Below are positions 26,801 to 38,783 of a stretch of 52,821 bases of DNA, in pieces. The translations under genes and the position numbers were made by a program. The notes under the pieces were generated by a model. That model was not told where the DNA came from, did no database searches, and worked only from the letters and a program-made list of their open reading frames with translations. The DNA is from Nemertoderma westbladi (Eukaryota; Animalia; Xenacoelomorpha), in NCBI GenBank assembly GCA_032718475.1, contig JAUCBJ010008698.1, positions 1 through 52,821 of the forward strand. Reading direction: 5' to 3'. Each line of letters starts with the position of its first letter. The stretch's first letter is position 1.

Positions 26801-27486
26801 TGAGAAATAGGCATTCAAAGATTGCAAGAATTATTGTTCGCTGCAGGCCATTTATTCTATAATGATGAGTTACGAATTGAGTAAAGTTTATGAGTAGGTT
26901 ATCTCCTTACTCGTCGGTTGATATGGATTGAATAGTGAATTGAATACCCACCGCTTCATTCATTTACAAACCAAAAAAATGATTACTGAGGCAATTAATC
27001 AGTGAGCCCGAGTACAACAAACAACATTTTCGATATATACATATCCTACAGTTTCAATTTTTTTACTGTATTTTTTATTTAGGGCCACTGATCGATTTAA
27101 ATGAAATACTGCAAAAACAGGGTTGTTTTAAACCACCAGTCCAGTAGTCACAATTATTGTTAGTCACAGGAGCCTAATAATGACAATTTGTTTTGGACCA
27201 TCATACATGTTTAGTTTTTTAAATAAATAGATTTAATAATAAATGGATTTATACTTTGCTTGTCGCTGTTTTGATCATTTATTTGATCGGTAGACCTATT
27301 TTGGATGGGCTAGGGTTCGATGCTAGTAATTCCACTCATAGTTACAATTAGCACATTTTGAAATCAGCGACACTCAAAATAAAGTTTCGTAAGTTAATTT
27401 ATTAAACATTGTGTCATAAGATATGTTAAAGTATATTTTACATAAATATTCGATGTTATTGCGGTGTTGGCGGCCCAGTAGTAAGT

Positions 27487-29790
27487 CTAATCCGATGAGT
27501 CTATTAGAACGTCATTGCCTACAACACCGGGATCCAGATGGGCTAAGGATACAGGTACTGATCCAGCAGCTACTTTGCGGGATGGCGTAGCCATCATATC
27601 GTCTAGAGGAGAAGTTAACAGTAAAATATTAGCCTGTGTGTCAACTTTGCTTCTGCGAGTTTTATATATTCTATCCTGTATTGGAGTAAATCTGGGGTGC
27701 GAGTCGCCGGACATTGCCGCGAGCTCGCATCCGGGGATTGTCTTCCAGTAGCGGGCGTGACGCGGGCTGCCGGGTTCGGTTCGTTGCGTGTACTCCTCGC
27801 CCTCGCTGTTACTGCGAATCACCTCGGAGGGTCGAGGGAATAACGGCATCGATTCGTTGTCGCTGGAGCTAACCGATGAGTCTCCCGCCTGTGTATACGC
27901 GTTGGAAGCCGAGACTAGGTTGAGTAACGAACCGGCCGATCTAGCGGTATGCTGCACGGATCCGAATCCTTTAGAGTGCGATGGACTCTTAAAACATACG
28001 CCTTGAGACTGGTCCCTAAAGTTGTCGTTGTTTGTTTCTTTACGTATGACTTCATCGATATCCATCAACAGAGTTTCATGTCTCGAAAAACCTGCGTTTG
28101 TGAAACTTTCATTATTTATGGAGTCAATGTGATTTTCCCCTATTGATGGAACGTGCATGTAGTTAATGCTATTTTGAATCGGTGGTAGACAGTTGAAGGT
28201 TGAAGTTGGAGGCACACCGCCACCTGATGAGTCTGAATCTACTGATGTCGAAGCCCTGCGAGCTTTCTTTACCAAGAACAAAGTCTTCCCATCGGCTCGC
28301 CTGACGAAATTTCCATGTACCACCTGTTTATCGCCCATTGTTCGACCATTAAGCCCTATCGTGGACTGATTGTCTTCAGGGATTTTTCTTTTAGCTCTGG
28401 TATTCTTTGGAACTACAGCTTCCATCAACGAGATACTGTTGCTACTGCTGCTGACAAATGCTTGTCTAGGTGAAACATGAGGTTGACCAGGCTTGGACTT
28501 TGGAGTGACAGGTGATTGCTTACTAACTGTGGAATCTCTAGATACTTGGCATTGTATATTCACATTACTGGGGTCAACTTTTCTCTTAGTCACTGTAGGT
28601 TCTCCGCCAGGACCAATGCGCACTGTTGCTATGGTGATAGCTTGGCCGGATTTGAGAGTTTTCTGGGCCGCAAGGAAGTCAATAGCTTTGGATTTTGGAA
28701 TTTGGAGAGGTTGTGGTGTTGGTTTGGACGATGTAATTTGTCGAATTGGTTGGGGTATGATGGTGCTGTCAGACTCCTCCTCACATTCCTTTTGTTTATT
28801 CTTAGATGGTCGAGGTCGATTTTTGATACTTGTGGAATTCTTATTGCTTGTACCGGAACCGGACACAGGAATTTGATTCAAACCAGTATGGCCGCCATTC
28901 ATAATACCGGCAGTGTCAGCTGAACACACAACTACATTTTGATTTTTGCATTTTATTTTATCATTTATCGTTTTATGATTCTTTGATTTATCATTATTAT
29001 TTTTATGGCCAGCCTTTTCAACAGAATTCTTCTTTCTTAGGCGTCCTGAATGAGACACTCCAGAATTACCATGAATATCCAAGTGAATTTTTGATCCACT
29101 TATTAACTGTATTATATGAGACTTTGGGGTCTGTAAACGTTGCGATTTGCTTTTAAACGTCTTTTTTGTTTCCCCATTGTGAGCTGCCAAAGGTTCTGTG
29201 GCAAATGGGCCATTTATTGTCTCTACCTCAATCTGATGGTTTTCGACATTTTTTTCTGGCACATTACGCCTCATTTTTGAAGACGAGTTTATGGAATCAC
29301 ACTCTGTTTTCTTTAAAGGAACCTTTTGGTTGATAGAGGTACCATTTATTGCGACATCTTTAGATTGAGGCTCCCCGGAATCTTTACTATTATGTATATC
29401 TGATTCCTGTCTCAATTCACTGGGCTTATCTTTATATGTTTTCTCTGGAATATTAATGGAAAGATGTGGTAAGGCCACACGAGGCAATGGATTGCGACCT
29501 TCCAGCATCCATCCAAGTGATCCTGAACTTCCGGTCAACGCCGCAGCACAAGCTTCCAGGTTGTCATCGTTAGCCACTCTTCTAATCTCTGCTTTATATC
29601 TCTCAGTCGGGATTCCAAATAAGTCCCTAATATTTGTAATTAGGTCTTTTTCATTACCAGTTAGATCTCCTCGTATTCTAAGGGCAGTGACAACTTTAGC
29701 AAACGCTTGCAATTCTAAATGTCGCGCCATTGCTTGGCACTGACTGTCGCCAACATTAACATTTGCGAAATAGTGCTTATTGAATGACAT
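27487..29790 (-). CDS. EMSY: EMSY-like ENT-domain chromatin protein (767 aa from first ATG), single coding exon, nested antisense in the ZDHHC intron
   Basis: CQAMARHLELQAFAKVVTALRIRGDLTGNEKDLITNIRDLFGIPTERYKAEIRRVANDDNL...WMLEGR resembles the EMSY ENT domain; long S/K/P-rich tail; first ATG at 29790 (track start 29829 is TTG); acceptor-like TAACAG just upstream; AATAAA on - at 27398-27403. Confidence 0.85.
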   Translation of the reverse strand: MSFNKHYFANVNVGDSQCQAMARHLELQAFAKVVTALRIRGDLTGNEKDLITNIRDLFGIPTERYKAEIRRVANDDNLEACAAALTGSSGSLGWMLEGRNPLPRVALPHLSINIPEKTYKDKPSELRQESDIHNSKDSGEPQSKDVAINGTSINQKVPLKKTECDSINSSSKMRRNVPEKNVENHQIEVETINGPFATEPLAAHNGETKKTFKSKSQRLQTPKSHIIQLISGSKIHLDIHGNSGVSHSGRLRKKNSVEKAGHKNNNDKSKNHKTINDKIKCKNQNVVVCSADTAGIMNGGHTGLNQIPVSGSGTSNKNSTSIKNRPRPSKNKQKECEEESDSTIIPQPIRQITSSKPTPQPLQIPKSKAIDFLAAQKTLKSGQAITIATVRIGPGGEPTVTKRKVDPSNVNIQCQVSRDSTVSKQSPVTPKSKPGQPHVSPRQAFVSSSSNSISLMEAVVPKNTRAKRKIPEDNQSTIGLNGRTMGDKQVVHGNFVRRADGKTLFLVKKARRASTSVDSDSSGGGVPPTSTFNCLPPIQNSINYMHVPSIGENHIDSINNESFTNAGFSRHETLLMDIDEVIRKETNNDNFRDQSQGVCFKSPSHSKGFGSVQHTARSAGSLLNLVSASNAYTQAGDSSVSSSDNESMPLFPRPSEVIRSNSEGEEYTQRTEPGSPRHARYWKTIPGCELAAMSGDSHPRFTPIQDRIYKTRRSKVDTQANILLLTSPLDDMMATPSRKVAAGSVPVSLAHLDPGVVGNDVLIDSSD

Positions 29791-30605
29791 CCCGAGTAGA
29801 AAACTGTTACAGGTAGGAATATACTTCAAATAAATGTAGTTTATTTCTAAGTTACTAATTTATCTATGGTACCGTATTATATCAGTTATATCTGTACATA
29901 CAGACATGGCTGTATGGTATCAGGTACAGGCCTATATGACTACCGTAACTGACTAAATAATACCGTACGCGATTGACCTATTAATTTTGTTATTAAATGA
30001 TCCATTATTCAGCATCATAAAATGAATGTAATACCGGTCTAGGCCTAGGCGAGGCCAAATTAATGGGGATATCACCCTAGAGGCGCCACTTTTTCACGGA
30101 TCCAGTTGGCCTCGCAGGTTACAGAGTGGCAGCCCAAACCCTAATTAAAGCAGTAATTTAGCCCTAACCCTAAGTCATGAGGCTCAAAACTAAAAATTTT
30201 TTGTGTAATTTCGGACATTGTGTCGGGTCAATAGCAAAAAGTCAGAAATTCAACAAAATTTCTTAGATTAGAGCCTCATGACTTCAGGACTTAGGGTTAA
30301 ATTACTGCTTTAATTATGGTTTGTGCCTAACCAACACCGGCAACAATCCAACAAAATCTAACCTTAAAAACAAACCAATATCCCAGTCAGCAGGTCAGTT
30401 ACCTACAAAACACCCCAATAACTAAGTCATTAAGTAACCCAAGTCAGACAAGTAAAAATGACACTGTATGTTTTCCATATAAAATGTGGCCCCTGTAGTG
30501 TGATAGTGCCAAATTAATTGGTAATAATATGAAATATGATTGATCTTACCAGTACCTGCTTACACCTAAGATTTAGTGTGATTCATGAGCGGACCCATGT
30601 ACCAG

Positions 30606-31303
30606 CCAGGCTGCAAATTGTGTGCAAAAATCGCAACGCGTTGTGCGCGGTTTTGAAAGTGCGCGGTAAAAGTGTGCGGAATAGAAATATAAGTGCGCGG
30701 AATTGTGTGAAAAACACCAAAAGTGCGCGGTAATCTGTGCAAAATATTAAAAGTCAAAGTGCGCGGATGAGGTGTAAAAAAAAGTTATAAAGTGTGTGCA
30801 AAACTGCAATTTAATGAGAAAAATAATTAGCCATAAAAAATTTAACTCGCTTCGCTCGCGTTTCTTTTCCATTTTGCATTGTTAAAATAAAAAAATATCG
30901 ATCGCTTTGCTCGTGTTTTTTTTTCATTTTAAGACCTACTGCAGTAGCTACTGACCTACATGCTACATATAAAAGTTAAAAATTTCACACGCCACGCTCG
31001 CGTTTCGTTTTCATTTTACATTGTTAAAATGAAAAATTTCGCTCATGTTTTTTTTTCATTTTGCATTGCTTAAATTTATTTTTTTATTTCTTTACATTAA
31101 TTAATAAATAATACTTTTTTTAAATTATTTGTTTATTCGTATGTTTGTGTGAATTGAATTGTTTTTCAGCTTGGTGTGTGCGCGTTTTTTCAGTCCATGC
31201 GCGGTATATTGACATTGTCAGATATTGCGCGGCTGAAAAATTTTGCGCGGCTAAAAATTTTGCGCGGGTGTTGTGCGCGGTTCAGTGGTGGTTTGCAGGC
31301 TGG
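30606..31303. mobile_element. Non-autonomous DNA transposon with 8-bp TSD
   Basis: TIR CCAG(G/C)CTGCAAA; TSD TGTACCAG at 30598-30605 and 31304-31311; internal TGCGCGG and CGCTCGCG repeats. Confidence 0.8.
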
Positions 31304-32097
31304 TGTACCAGTACCACGGTACCGCTAATTGAAGTTGAAATACCAATCCTTACGATTTAGACTACAAAGTGCGAAGGTGCCAAACAGCCAAATGCTGACT
31401 GAACTTCCAACCGTGCCAAGTTAACGGTGTAGGCTAGTTACCGATATCAGGCAGTCAGGTAGGTCAGTAGGTAGGCCTATATTACATATTAACCGCAGAC
31501 GGTCTGACGCCTGACGGGGGCTGGGGGGTGTTTGAAAAAGGTGGACTGGACACAGAAAACATGGACAATGGACAGACCAATCACGGGCAATTTGCGTCAC
31601 ACAGCATGTCTACATTTTTCAGCTTTGTTGTCCACCTTTTTCAAATTTGAATAAGATGGACTGGGTTGAGAAAGAACAGGCAATGAATTGACCAATCAGA
31701 TTGATTTGCACATTATAGCAGCTCTCTGTCCACGTTTTTCAAAAAAATTCAGATGGTTTTTATGGTTTATTATTGTTATTATTATCCCATACTTACTGTG
31801 ACCAACCAAAGTTGTCGTAAAAGGCATAGTTCAATAATATGGGGCGATCCACGAAGTCTGTGAGCTGAGCCTTAGCATTATTGGAACGTCAACATTCTAA
31901 CTCATTACAGTATAAAGTTAATTATAATAACTACCTATTGTACTGTGAGGGAAATAAAATATGCTTTATTTACCGTTCATCCCGAGATCTGTTATTAAAC
32001 GACCGAGCGCAGCGAGGGCAGAGGGAGGTAAATAAGTACCCATATTTTGGGAGTGGCGGTCCGAAACCCTAATTCAAAGTGGAAATGGACCCCAACC

Positions 32098-32887
32098 CCT
32101 ATATGGAATACTGACAAAAAGCGCGCCATGCGCGTTCTGGTTAAACGAAAATCGCGCCAGCCATGATATCCAATGCGCGCCAAGCCAACAATTGACTATG
32201 AAATTTTGCAGTAATTGCTGAATTGTAATAATTTATCAGTTTATAATGCTCTAGCCCTACAGTATTTTAACATTAAAATGAGAGCGTAGCGAGCAAGGAA
32301 ATTTCCCAATTATGTTAACATAAATACAGTATCACAGTAATAGTCAGATATTACCAGTACTGTAGTAGTAGTAGTACTGTCTGACTGTAGTAGTAAGTAG
32401 TAGGTCAACGTCAACTGACTGTTTTTAAATGTGGATGTGATCAAGACTGCAAGATGCGAGCGTAGCGAGCACGGAAATTCTGCTGAATCATGCAGACTGT
32501 CATGGTTTTATTGGTTTGAAGAATCTGACAATTGAAAAACTTTTGAAATAAGTCATGTTTTTAATGGTCATGCTCAATCTGTTCGATTCCATTTGTCCAC
32601 AGCCAGACAGTGCTAAGAGCAGGCTTATAGTATAAACGCGAGCGAAGCGAGCGGACATTTTTCAATCTTTTTAAACCTATGGAATAATTTCAAATAGAGC
32701 TGTAGGGTTGGATGTGTTGCCAGTGCACTACTACGCTACCTCCTAACAGCCTAACCTAACCCTACATCCATATTCGCGCCAGGACCGCCAGGATCCTCAA
32801 TGCGCTCCACACGCCCCTGTCACTACGCGCCAGGATCCTTAACCGCGCCACACATGTTGAGCAAACTCTACATAAATTCCAACCTGG
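32098..32887. mobile_element. Degenerate non-autonomous DNA transposon with 8-bp TSD
   Basis: CCCCAACC at 32090-32097 and 32888-32895; imperfect TIR CCnnnnTGGAA; GAGCG(T/A)AGCGAGC repeats. Confidence 0.5.
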
Positions 32888-33114
32888 CCCCAACCTTAAA
32901 TATTTTGGATCCTAAATTCCACAAAATTTCTTAGATTATAGGCCTAGTGCATCGGGACTTTAAGGTTAGGATTACTAATGACAGTTTTAATTAGGGTTTG
33001 GGCCTGACCAACTAACCCAACCACAAAAATATACCAATAAATCCAAGTTCAAGTGCTATACGGCTGTACGGTACGCTAGACCTACTACTGTATTATTATG
33101 CTGTAAGTCTATAG

Positions 33115-33619
33115 CAGTCGGGGAGAAGTTCTATTTTCAACTTTATTTTTTAAAATTTAACTTTTTATTAAAATTCAACTTTTGGAGTAGCAGAGTATGG
33201 CCTAGAGTTTAAAATTGAACTTTTTTTTTAATTCAACTTTTGGAGTAGCTTTGGAAATACTGAAATATGGAATTGGAATCCATTACTGGTATTCCATTGT
33301 ATAATAATTATGACATTCAGTGGTAATTTAATACATCTAATAAATTCCCATAGTATTTCAGCTAATTTGCAAATGTAATCACTTAAAATGTTTTTAAAAA
33401 AGTATTCCCGACGGTGAAAGTTTTTGTTCCATCGGTAATGAGGGTTAATTTTTCGAGTTACATCCATAAAAACAATCAAAACACCCCTTCTGTGACGTCT
33501 TGGGGTGGGGGCCTTCTGCGCCTCCTGCCATTTTAGAGTTGAATTTACAACTTAAAAGTTGAATTAAAAAAAAAGTTTTAAATTTCAACTCAGTTGAAAT
33601 TTGAACTTCTCCCCGACTG
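33115..33619. mobile_element. MITE
   Basis: TIR CAGTCGGGGAGAAGTTC / GAACTTCTCCCCGACTG; no TSD recognised. Confidence 0.75.
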
Positions 33620-34703
33620 AGTGGGGGGGGGGGGGGGGGGGGGGCAATCTGCGCGGGGGGGGGGGGTTGATTTGATACGCCTAGGACACCGACAACATTC
33701 TTAATGCAGCTGCTTCCAGGTTCCAGCATGCCCATTATAGATAGATAATTGAAACCTGAAAAAGGTGGACAGTCCAATCTGAATCATGCCAATCACTAAT
33801 AAATAGCATTGCTTTAATACGTTTCTGATTGGTCAGACTATTATCTATGTTTTTATGCATGTGTCCAGTGCCAGTCCATCTTTTTCAAACACACATCTTA
33901 TTCCCAATTATGTAACTAGAAAACTTAAAAACTTGTAACTTGAAAAAGGTGGACAGACCAATTCTGCAATTGCTACAAACTGCTTTACATACAGACATAA
34001 TACGTTTCTGATTGGTCTGTCCGTTGTCCATGTTTTCTGTGTCCAGTCCACCTTTTTCCAAACACCCGATCTGACTGTCTGACAGTCTGACGGTTGCTAA
34101 TCATCCCAATTCCTACTACGGTACCGCTGTACCTGTACCGGACCGGTAGGCCTATTGTATTATCTCTGTATCTCATTACTGCATTATTTAGGGCCTACCG
34201 TATTATGCAGAAGGAACCAAAACAATAAACGATTTGAAAAATAAAAATTATAATTTTTGGAGTTATTTTGTTTTGTGTGATTTGCTGTGATTTAGCTGTT
34301 TAGTGTAATTTGGTATGATTTTGTAAATTTCAGAATTTGGCAGTTTGGTGTGACTGCAGCACTGCAACAGAGTGCAACACACGTTACTGTATATTATTAT
34401 AATTACAGAATTATTATTATTTATTCCATAGTACCAGAGGTAGGCCTACATAGGCCTATTCAGCTATTAAAATACAGTAAAATATACACAGTTAGCACAA
34501 TTCTGCAATTAGACCACGGAAACAATACCGGTAGTACTCCTAACTTACATTTCAGCATTTACATCAAATTTATTACCGGTAATTGCAGTATGAAAGTTTA
34601 TAATGTCAGAATGTATAACCCTGCGACGGCTGGACGGTAACAGCTGGCTGGCTGGTAAAATGGCAATATACCAGTATACTGATATACGTGACCGTGACAC
34701 ATT

Positions 34704-35122
34704 GCTGAGGACACCAAATCTCTAGATGGCACATTCACAAGAATGCTACGCCGGGTTCATTGTGTCAAGTACAATGCACACATCTCCAACCAGACACTAT
34801 ATAACATTGGAGGTGTCTCATTGGTTCCCCCAAGCTTGACACTAGAACAAAATCGCCTCCGCTTTGCAGGACATTGCTTTCGCCGTGAGGACCAGCCAGT
34901 GCATAATCTTGTACTTTGGCAGCCTCATGGAGTGAATAAGCATGGTGGACAGCCCATGACTTTCTTGAGACGCATCTTAAAGGACACTGGCCTTAAAGAT
35001 GCGGATGATCTAGCAAATGTCATGGGTGATAGGGAGTTGTGGCGGTGCAATTTTGTTGACAAGCCGGCACAGCATTCTTAAAAATGCAGCTGCAATGCAG
35101 CATGCCGATCATAGTAGTAGTA
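34704..35122 (+). mobile_element. 5'-truncated RTE-like LINE 3' end
   Basis: LDGTFTRMLRR...RLRFAGHCFRR...DRELWR; (AGT)n tail; 10-bp TSD GTGACACATT (34694-34703, 35123-35132). Confidence 0.85.
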
Positions 35123-35928
35123 GTGACACATTCCTACAAACAGAAAATAGCCTACAGCACGTATTACTGTATTAAACAGTTGGGTGAAGGAAGACACGAC
35201 CCTCTTATATAAGCAGTGACAGATTTGTGACTTAGATGACAAAGCATTGGTAAATTAAGCTCACCAAATGTAGCCGACATACTGGTCGGTTCATCATTAC
35301 ACATTAGGCCTAGTTAAATAGGGAATATTAAATAATAATCTAGCACAAGTTGTCAGGTTGTTGTATGCAACTAGTTACTCTCAGCCCAAACACCAAATGC
35401 TATTGCAGAAAGGCAGAAAGGCTATTCAGCTATTATATCTACCTGCTGACCGGCCTACTGCAGTACTGCTGCTAGCTGTACTATCTGACTGTCACTGTAG
35501 TACTGAAACAACCTACCGGCTGACCGGCGGTACTTCATATATCAGTATATCTCAGTATCTGATTGCCTGAACGTACAATCATCACACACATTAAGCTACA
35601 GTATTAATTATTTCTTAACCCCTTGAACTATACAGTGGATATTGCTTCTACAAGTGCTACCGGTAGTTCTCCGCTATGGTACATTGTTGATTGCACATCA
35701 TACTGCGGTAAACTAGTAAAGCAGTACAGGGACTCCGGTAGGCTAATCCCTACAGTTGACCTTGACAGTGCATCATCTGCTTTCCAACAAACCACCACTA
35801 CAGTATATGATTGAAGTATAACTGCGGTGGAAATGTGAAATATCGACGGGAAAACTATTTTCAATCGCTTGTAGATTCCATGCAACCTCATTATGATTTG
35901 TAGGGACATTTGTTTGGGTGAGGGTCCA

Positions 35929-35968
35929 TGTCACTGAATTACGACACTATATTCCAGAAAATGGTGTA
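35929..35968 (+). repeat. Solitary diverged monomer of the 46-bp satellite
   Basis: TGTCACTGAATTACGACACTATATTCCAGAAAATGGTGTA versus satellite TGTCATTGAATTACGGCACTATATTCCAGAGCATGGTGTA (4 mismatches in 40). Confidence 0.85.
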
Positions 35969-36142
35969 GACTTGCGGTAGTTTGCAATTGCCAACTTTCA
36001 AGTACTAACATTTCAATTTTGTTAATCCTGCACAGCCGCCCGTTACAAGAGTGACAACTAACAGTAAAGCTGTCATGTAACCCTAACCCTAAGTCATAAT
36101 CTACGAAAATTAGATTATTATTTCTGTCATTATTGCCATGCA

Positions 36143-36538
36143 GAGCCCCAACCAAAGCGTCACGTGGACGCGTCAAAATAATTTTAGGTGTCAGACGCAG
36201 ACCTATTTTGTGGACGCGTCAAAAAGTATAGAAAGCATTGAGGGTAGCCCCAACCCACGCGGATGCGTCAAAGCCAATATCGAATAGTAATATGTACAGA
36301 ATTAATACAATATAACTCTATAATTAATTATTATACTGAGCAAATGTGTATTATATAAAATACAGTACAAGGTTTGTAGTACTTGATTTAGTCTGCTATC
36401 TTGTTGCTGGACTGTGTGTGTGCTGTTCTGCTAGGTGCAGTTAATATTAACAATAAAAGGATAAAGAATAAGAAAATCATAGTGCTTGTAGGGCCTGGGT
36501 CTACCTTGCTTTTGACGCGTCCGCTTTGGTTGGGGCTC
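36143..36538. mobile_element. MITE
   Basis: TIR GAGCCCCAACCAAAGCG / CGCTTTGGTTGGGGCTC; internal GACGCGTCAAA repeats. Confidence 0.7.
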
Positions 36539-37257
36539 CCCCTTTAGATTATGGCTTAGGGTTACCTGTTTATTTATTTATGGTCGAGCCATGTCCAACT
36601 AATCCTAACCAAAATAACAAACGAAATACCCCATAAAGGCTAAGGTAGCAAGGTTGAACCCTTGTTCATAGTTAGTACAGAATTCATAAAAAGGAGTTGT
36701 AGCAACTCAATCTTGTCGATAAGCCAACGTAGAATTAATTGAATTAACTTAATGCAATCTGCAATGCAGCATTCACATTATAGATAGATTATAGATTTAT
36801 AGTCCATTGGGAAACACATCAAATCACCACACCACGAATGCGGTCACAAGCAATATAAATAACAACTAAATATAAATACGCTAAGCTGTAAGTAACGATA
36901 GTAAGTTCGAGTGGGGTCTTCTGGCAACATAACTGCAGGCCATCTCAGTGAACAGTTATACAGTAGTTATCATTATCCGATATGGTTGGTTATATTTCCT
37001 TCCAACAATTATGGCATCCGACACAAATCCCACTCTCACCTGTGCTCAGACAATTTGAAAAAGGCCCTAGTATAATTATTAACCTTTCGATAATGGCTCT
37101 CAATTCTGCCTCGCCCAAAAAGTTAAAGCTTCCACTCTACGGTATGTTGTTCGCAACAAATTATTTGCACGCCTAATTAGATACATTTTTGCACCAAATA
37201 AACTCACTTTCCACCAAATGTTAGAAGGTATATGGCCTTGGTTAAAGGGTCGCCATG

Positions 37258-37441
37258 TCGAAACCCTAGACAAAAAGTATCTTCAACCCTAAACCTAACT
37301 GAAAACTTGGTTTTCAACACTACATGGGGCCAATAATGGCCAATTAAAACTAATTTGACCCGAAGGGTCAATTGGCTTTACAGTAGAACAAAGTTTCCAG
37401 TTAGGTTTAGGGTTGAAGACACTTTTTGTCTAGGGTTTCGA
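37258..37441. repeat. Hairpin-forming repeat with (TAACCC)-like motifs (possible Helentron-type non-autonomous element)
   Basis: TCGAAACCCTAGACAAAAAGT...AACCCTAAACCTAACTG inverted at ~37397-37441; similar architecture at ~30135-30325. Confidence 0.5.
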
Positions 37442-37730
37442 TTACTAGAGTTAGTTATAGCTAATTAGAGTTAATTAAAAAATAGTTGGTGGAAACTGAT
37501 CCGTTTTGGGACAAAGGTTAATTAGTTTGGTGTAGAAGGTGATTTTTTGGTGTTGAAGTAAATAGTAGTCTATGTTATTGGCTAATTTATGGAGGTATAC
37601 CAAACTTTCTGCTGTGATATTTCACTTTGCAGTTTACTCCTATGTGAAGAATGCCCAGGTTTTCACCAAAAAATAATTATTGGGTTGGTTTTTTGGGATC
37701 CCAATTAATTTCTTTATTAATTCAATGTAG

Positions 37731-37947
37731 ATTTGACGGGAACGAATGGTTTATTATGGGCACCAAGTTATCGACTGGTTCCAAACACTGATAATAACGG
37801 TACGGGGTCGTCAGACGAACTACAACAGGTGACGTCAGCGGATACATTGAGTAAATCCAACGTCCTGCTGCGGAGTCACTGGTCTGTCTGCACACGTTGT
37901 CAGATGTACCGACCACCGCGGTCACATCACTGCCGAATATGTAAAAG
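37731..37947 (+). CDS. ZDHHC3: ZDHHC3/7-like palmitoyltransferase, coding exon 2
   Basis: Acceptor TGTAG|AT joins exon 1 in phase (…DISDLTG…); ends WSVCTRCQMYRPPRSHHCRICK; donor AG|GTGGGG. Confidence 0.9.
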
Positions 37948-38197
37948 GTGGGGTTCATTGTCTTTGTTTCGTCTACCGGTACAATGTATAGGTTAAATAG
38001 ATGTCTTAGTGAACAGTGAGCACAACATACAGTAGCTACTGCATGACACACTGAACAGGTAGCATCAAATAGATCCTACAGTAGATACTTCATAGTCCAT
38101 TAAAGATGGCGCGGCTCGACTGCCTTGAGTTTATGTTATTATGTATGTAAACAATATCGCTACATGTATTAATTAATTTACTGTTTCATAATTTTAG

Positions 38198-38346
38198 GTG
38201 TATACGAAAGATGGACCATCACTGCCCCTGGGTAAACAATTGCGTCGGCGAGTCAAACCAGAGGTTTTTCATACAGTTCTTATTTTATACTGGTCTTAGT
38301 GCTGCCATTGGTCTTGCTATCACTCTTGCTTCGTGGGCAACGACCG
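38198..38346 (+). CDS. ZDHHC3: ZDHHC3/7-like palmitoyltransferase, coding exon 3 (DHHC motif)
   Basis: Acceptor TTTTAG|G; [33 protein letters not shown]…; donor G|GTGAGT. Not in the ORF track. Confidence 0.93.
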
Positions 38347-38783
38347 GTGAGTGTTGAGGCTATTCGTACTACCATGACCCGATGTACTGTACTATTAGAA
38401 TACGTAATTAATACTGTAGTAGGCCATAGTACTGTAGTACGGTGCTGTTTACTTTTATTTTATGGCACCATTTCATTATATACGCATTCCCCGAATATAT
38501 TTAGTTTCTGTATGTAATGTTGTGTTGAATAATATTAAATCACGTCGCATTGTTCTAAATATATTGCCCAAATATATTTAGTTTTTGTTAAATGGATAAA
38601 CAGATAGATAAAAGTGAAAATCTAATAAATGAGTTGTCTCTAGCTAATGTTCGGGTCTGAGTCAGGAAGTGAACAAAAAAGGTTTCTAGAAATTTCCACA
38701 CAGATCACTCGTAGTCTATAACATTATGTTTCGTTGTCGAAATACATTTACCATCTCTGCAGTTATCCTATTATATCTTTCAG

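Larger units (their letters stand above)
31526..34067. mobile_element. Long-TIR DNA element (or two inverted MITE copies) enclosing nested insertions
   Basis: GGGTGTTTGAAAAAGGTGGACTGGACACAGAAAACATGGACAA...GACCAATCA at ~31526-31582 is inverted at ~34009-34067; repeated AAAAAGGTGGAC submotifs. Confidence 0.55.

Noticed and set aside
27515-29743. Plus-strand ORFs over the EMSY-like gene
   Set aside because: Antisense shadows of the long minus-strand CDS.
30135-37441. Interstitial telomere
   Set aside because: Only one or two TAACCC units at a time, embedded in hairpin repeats.
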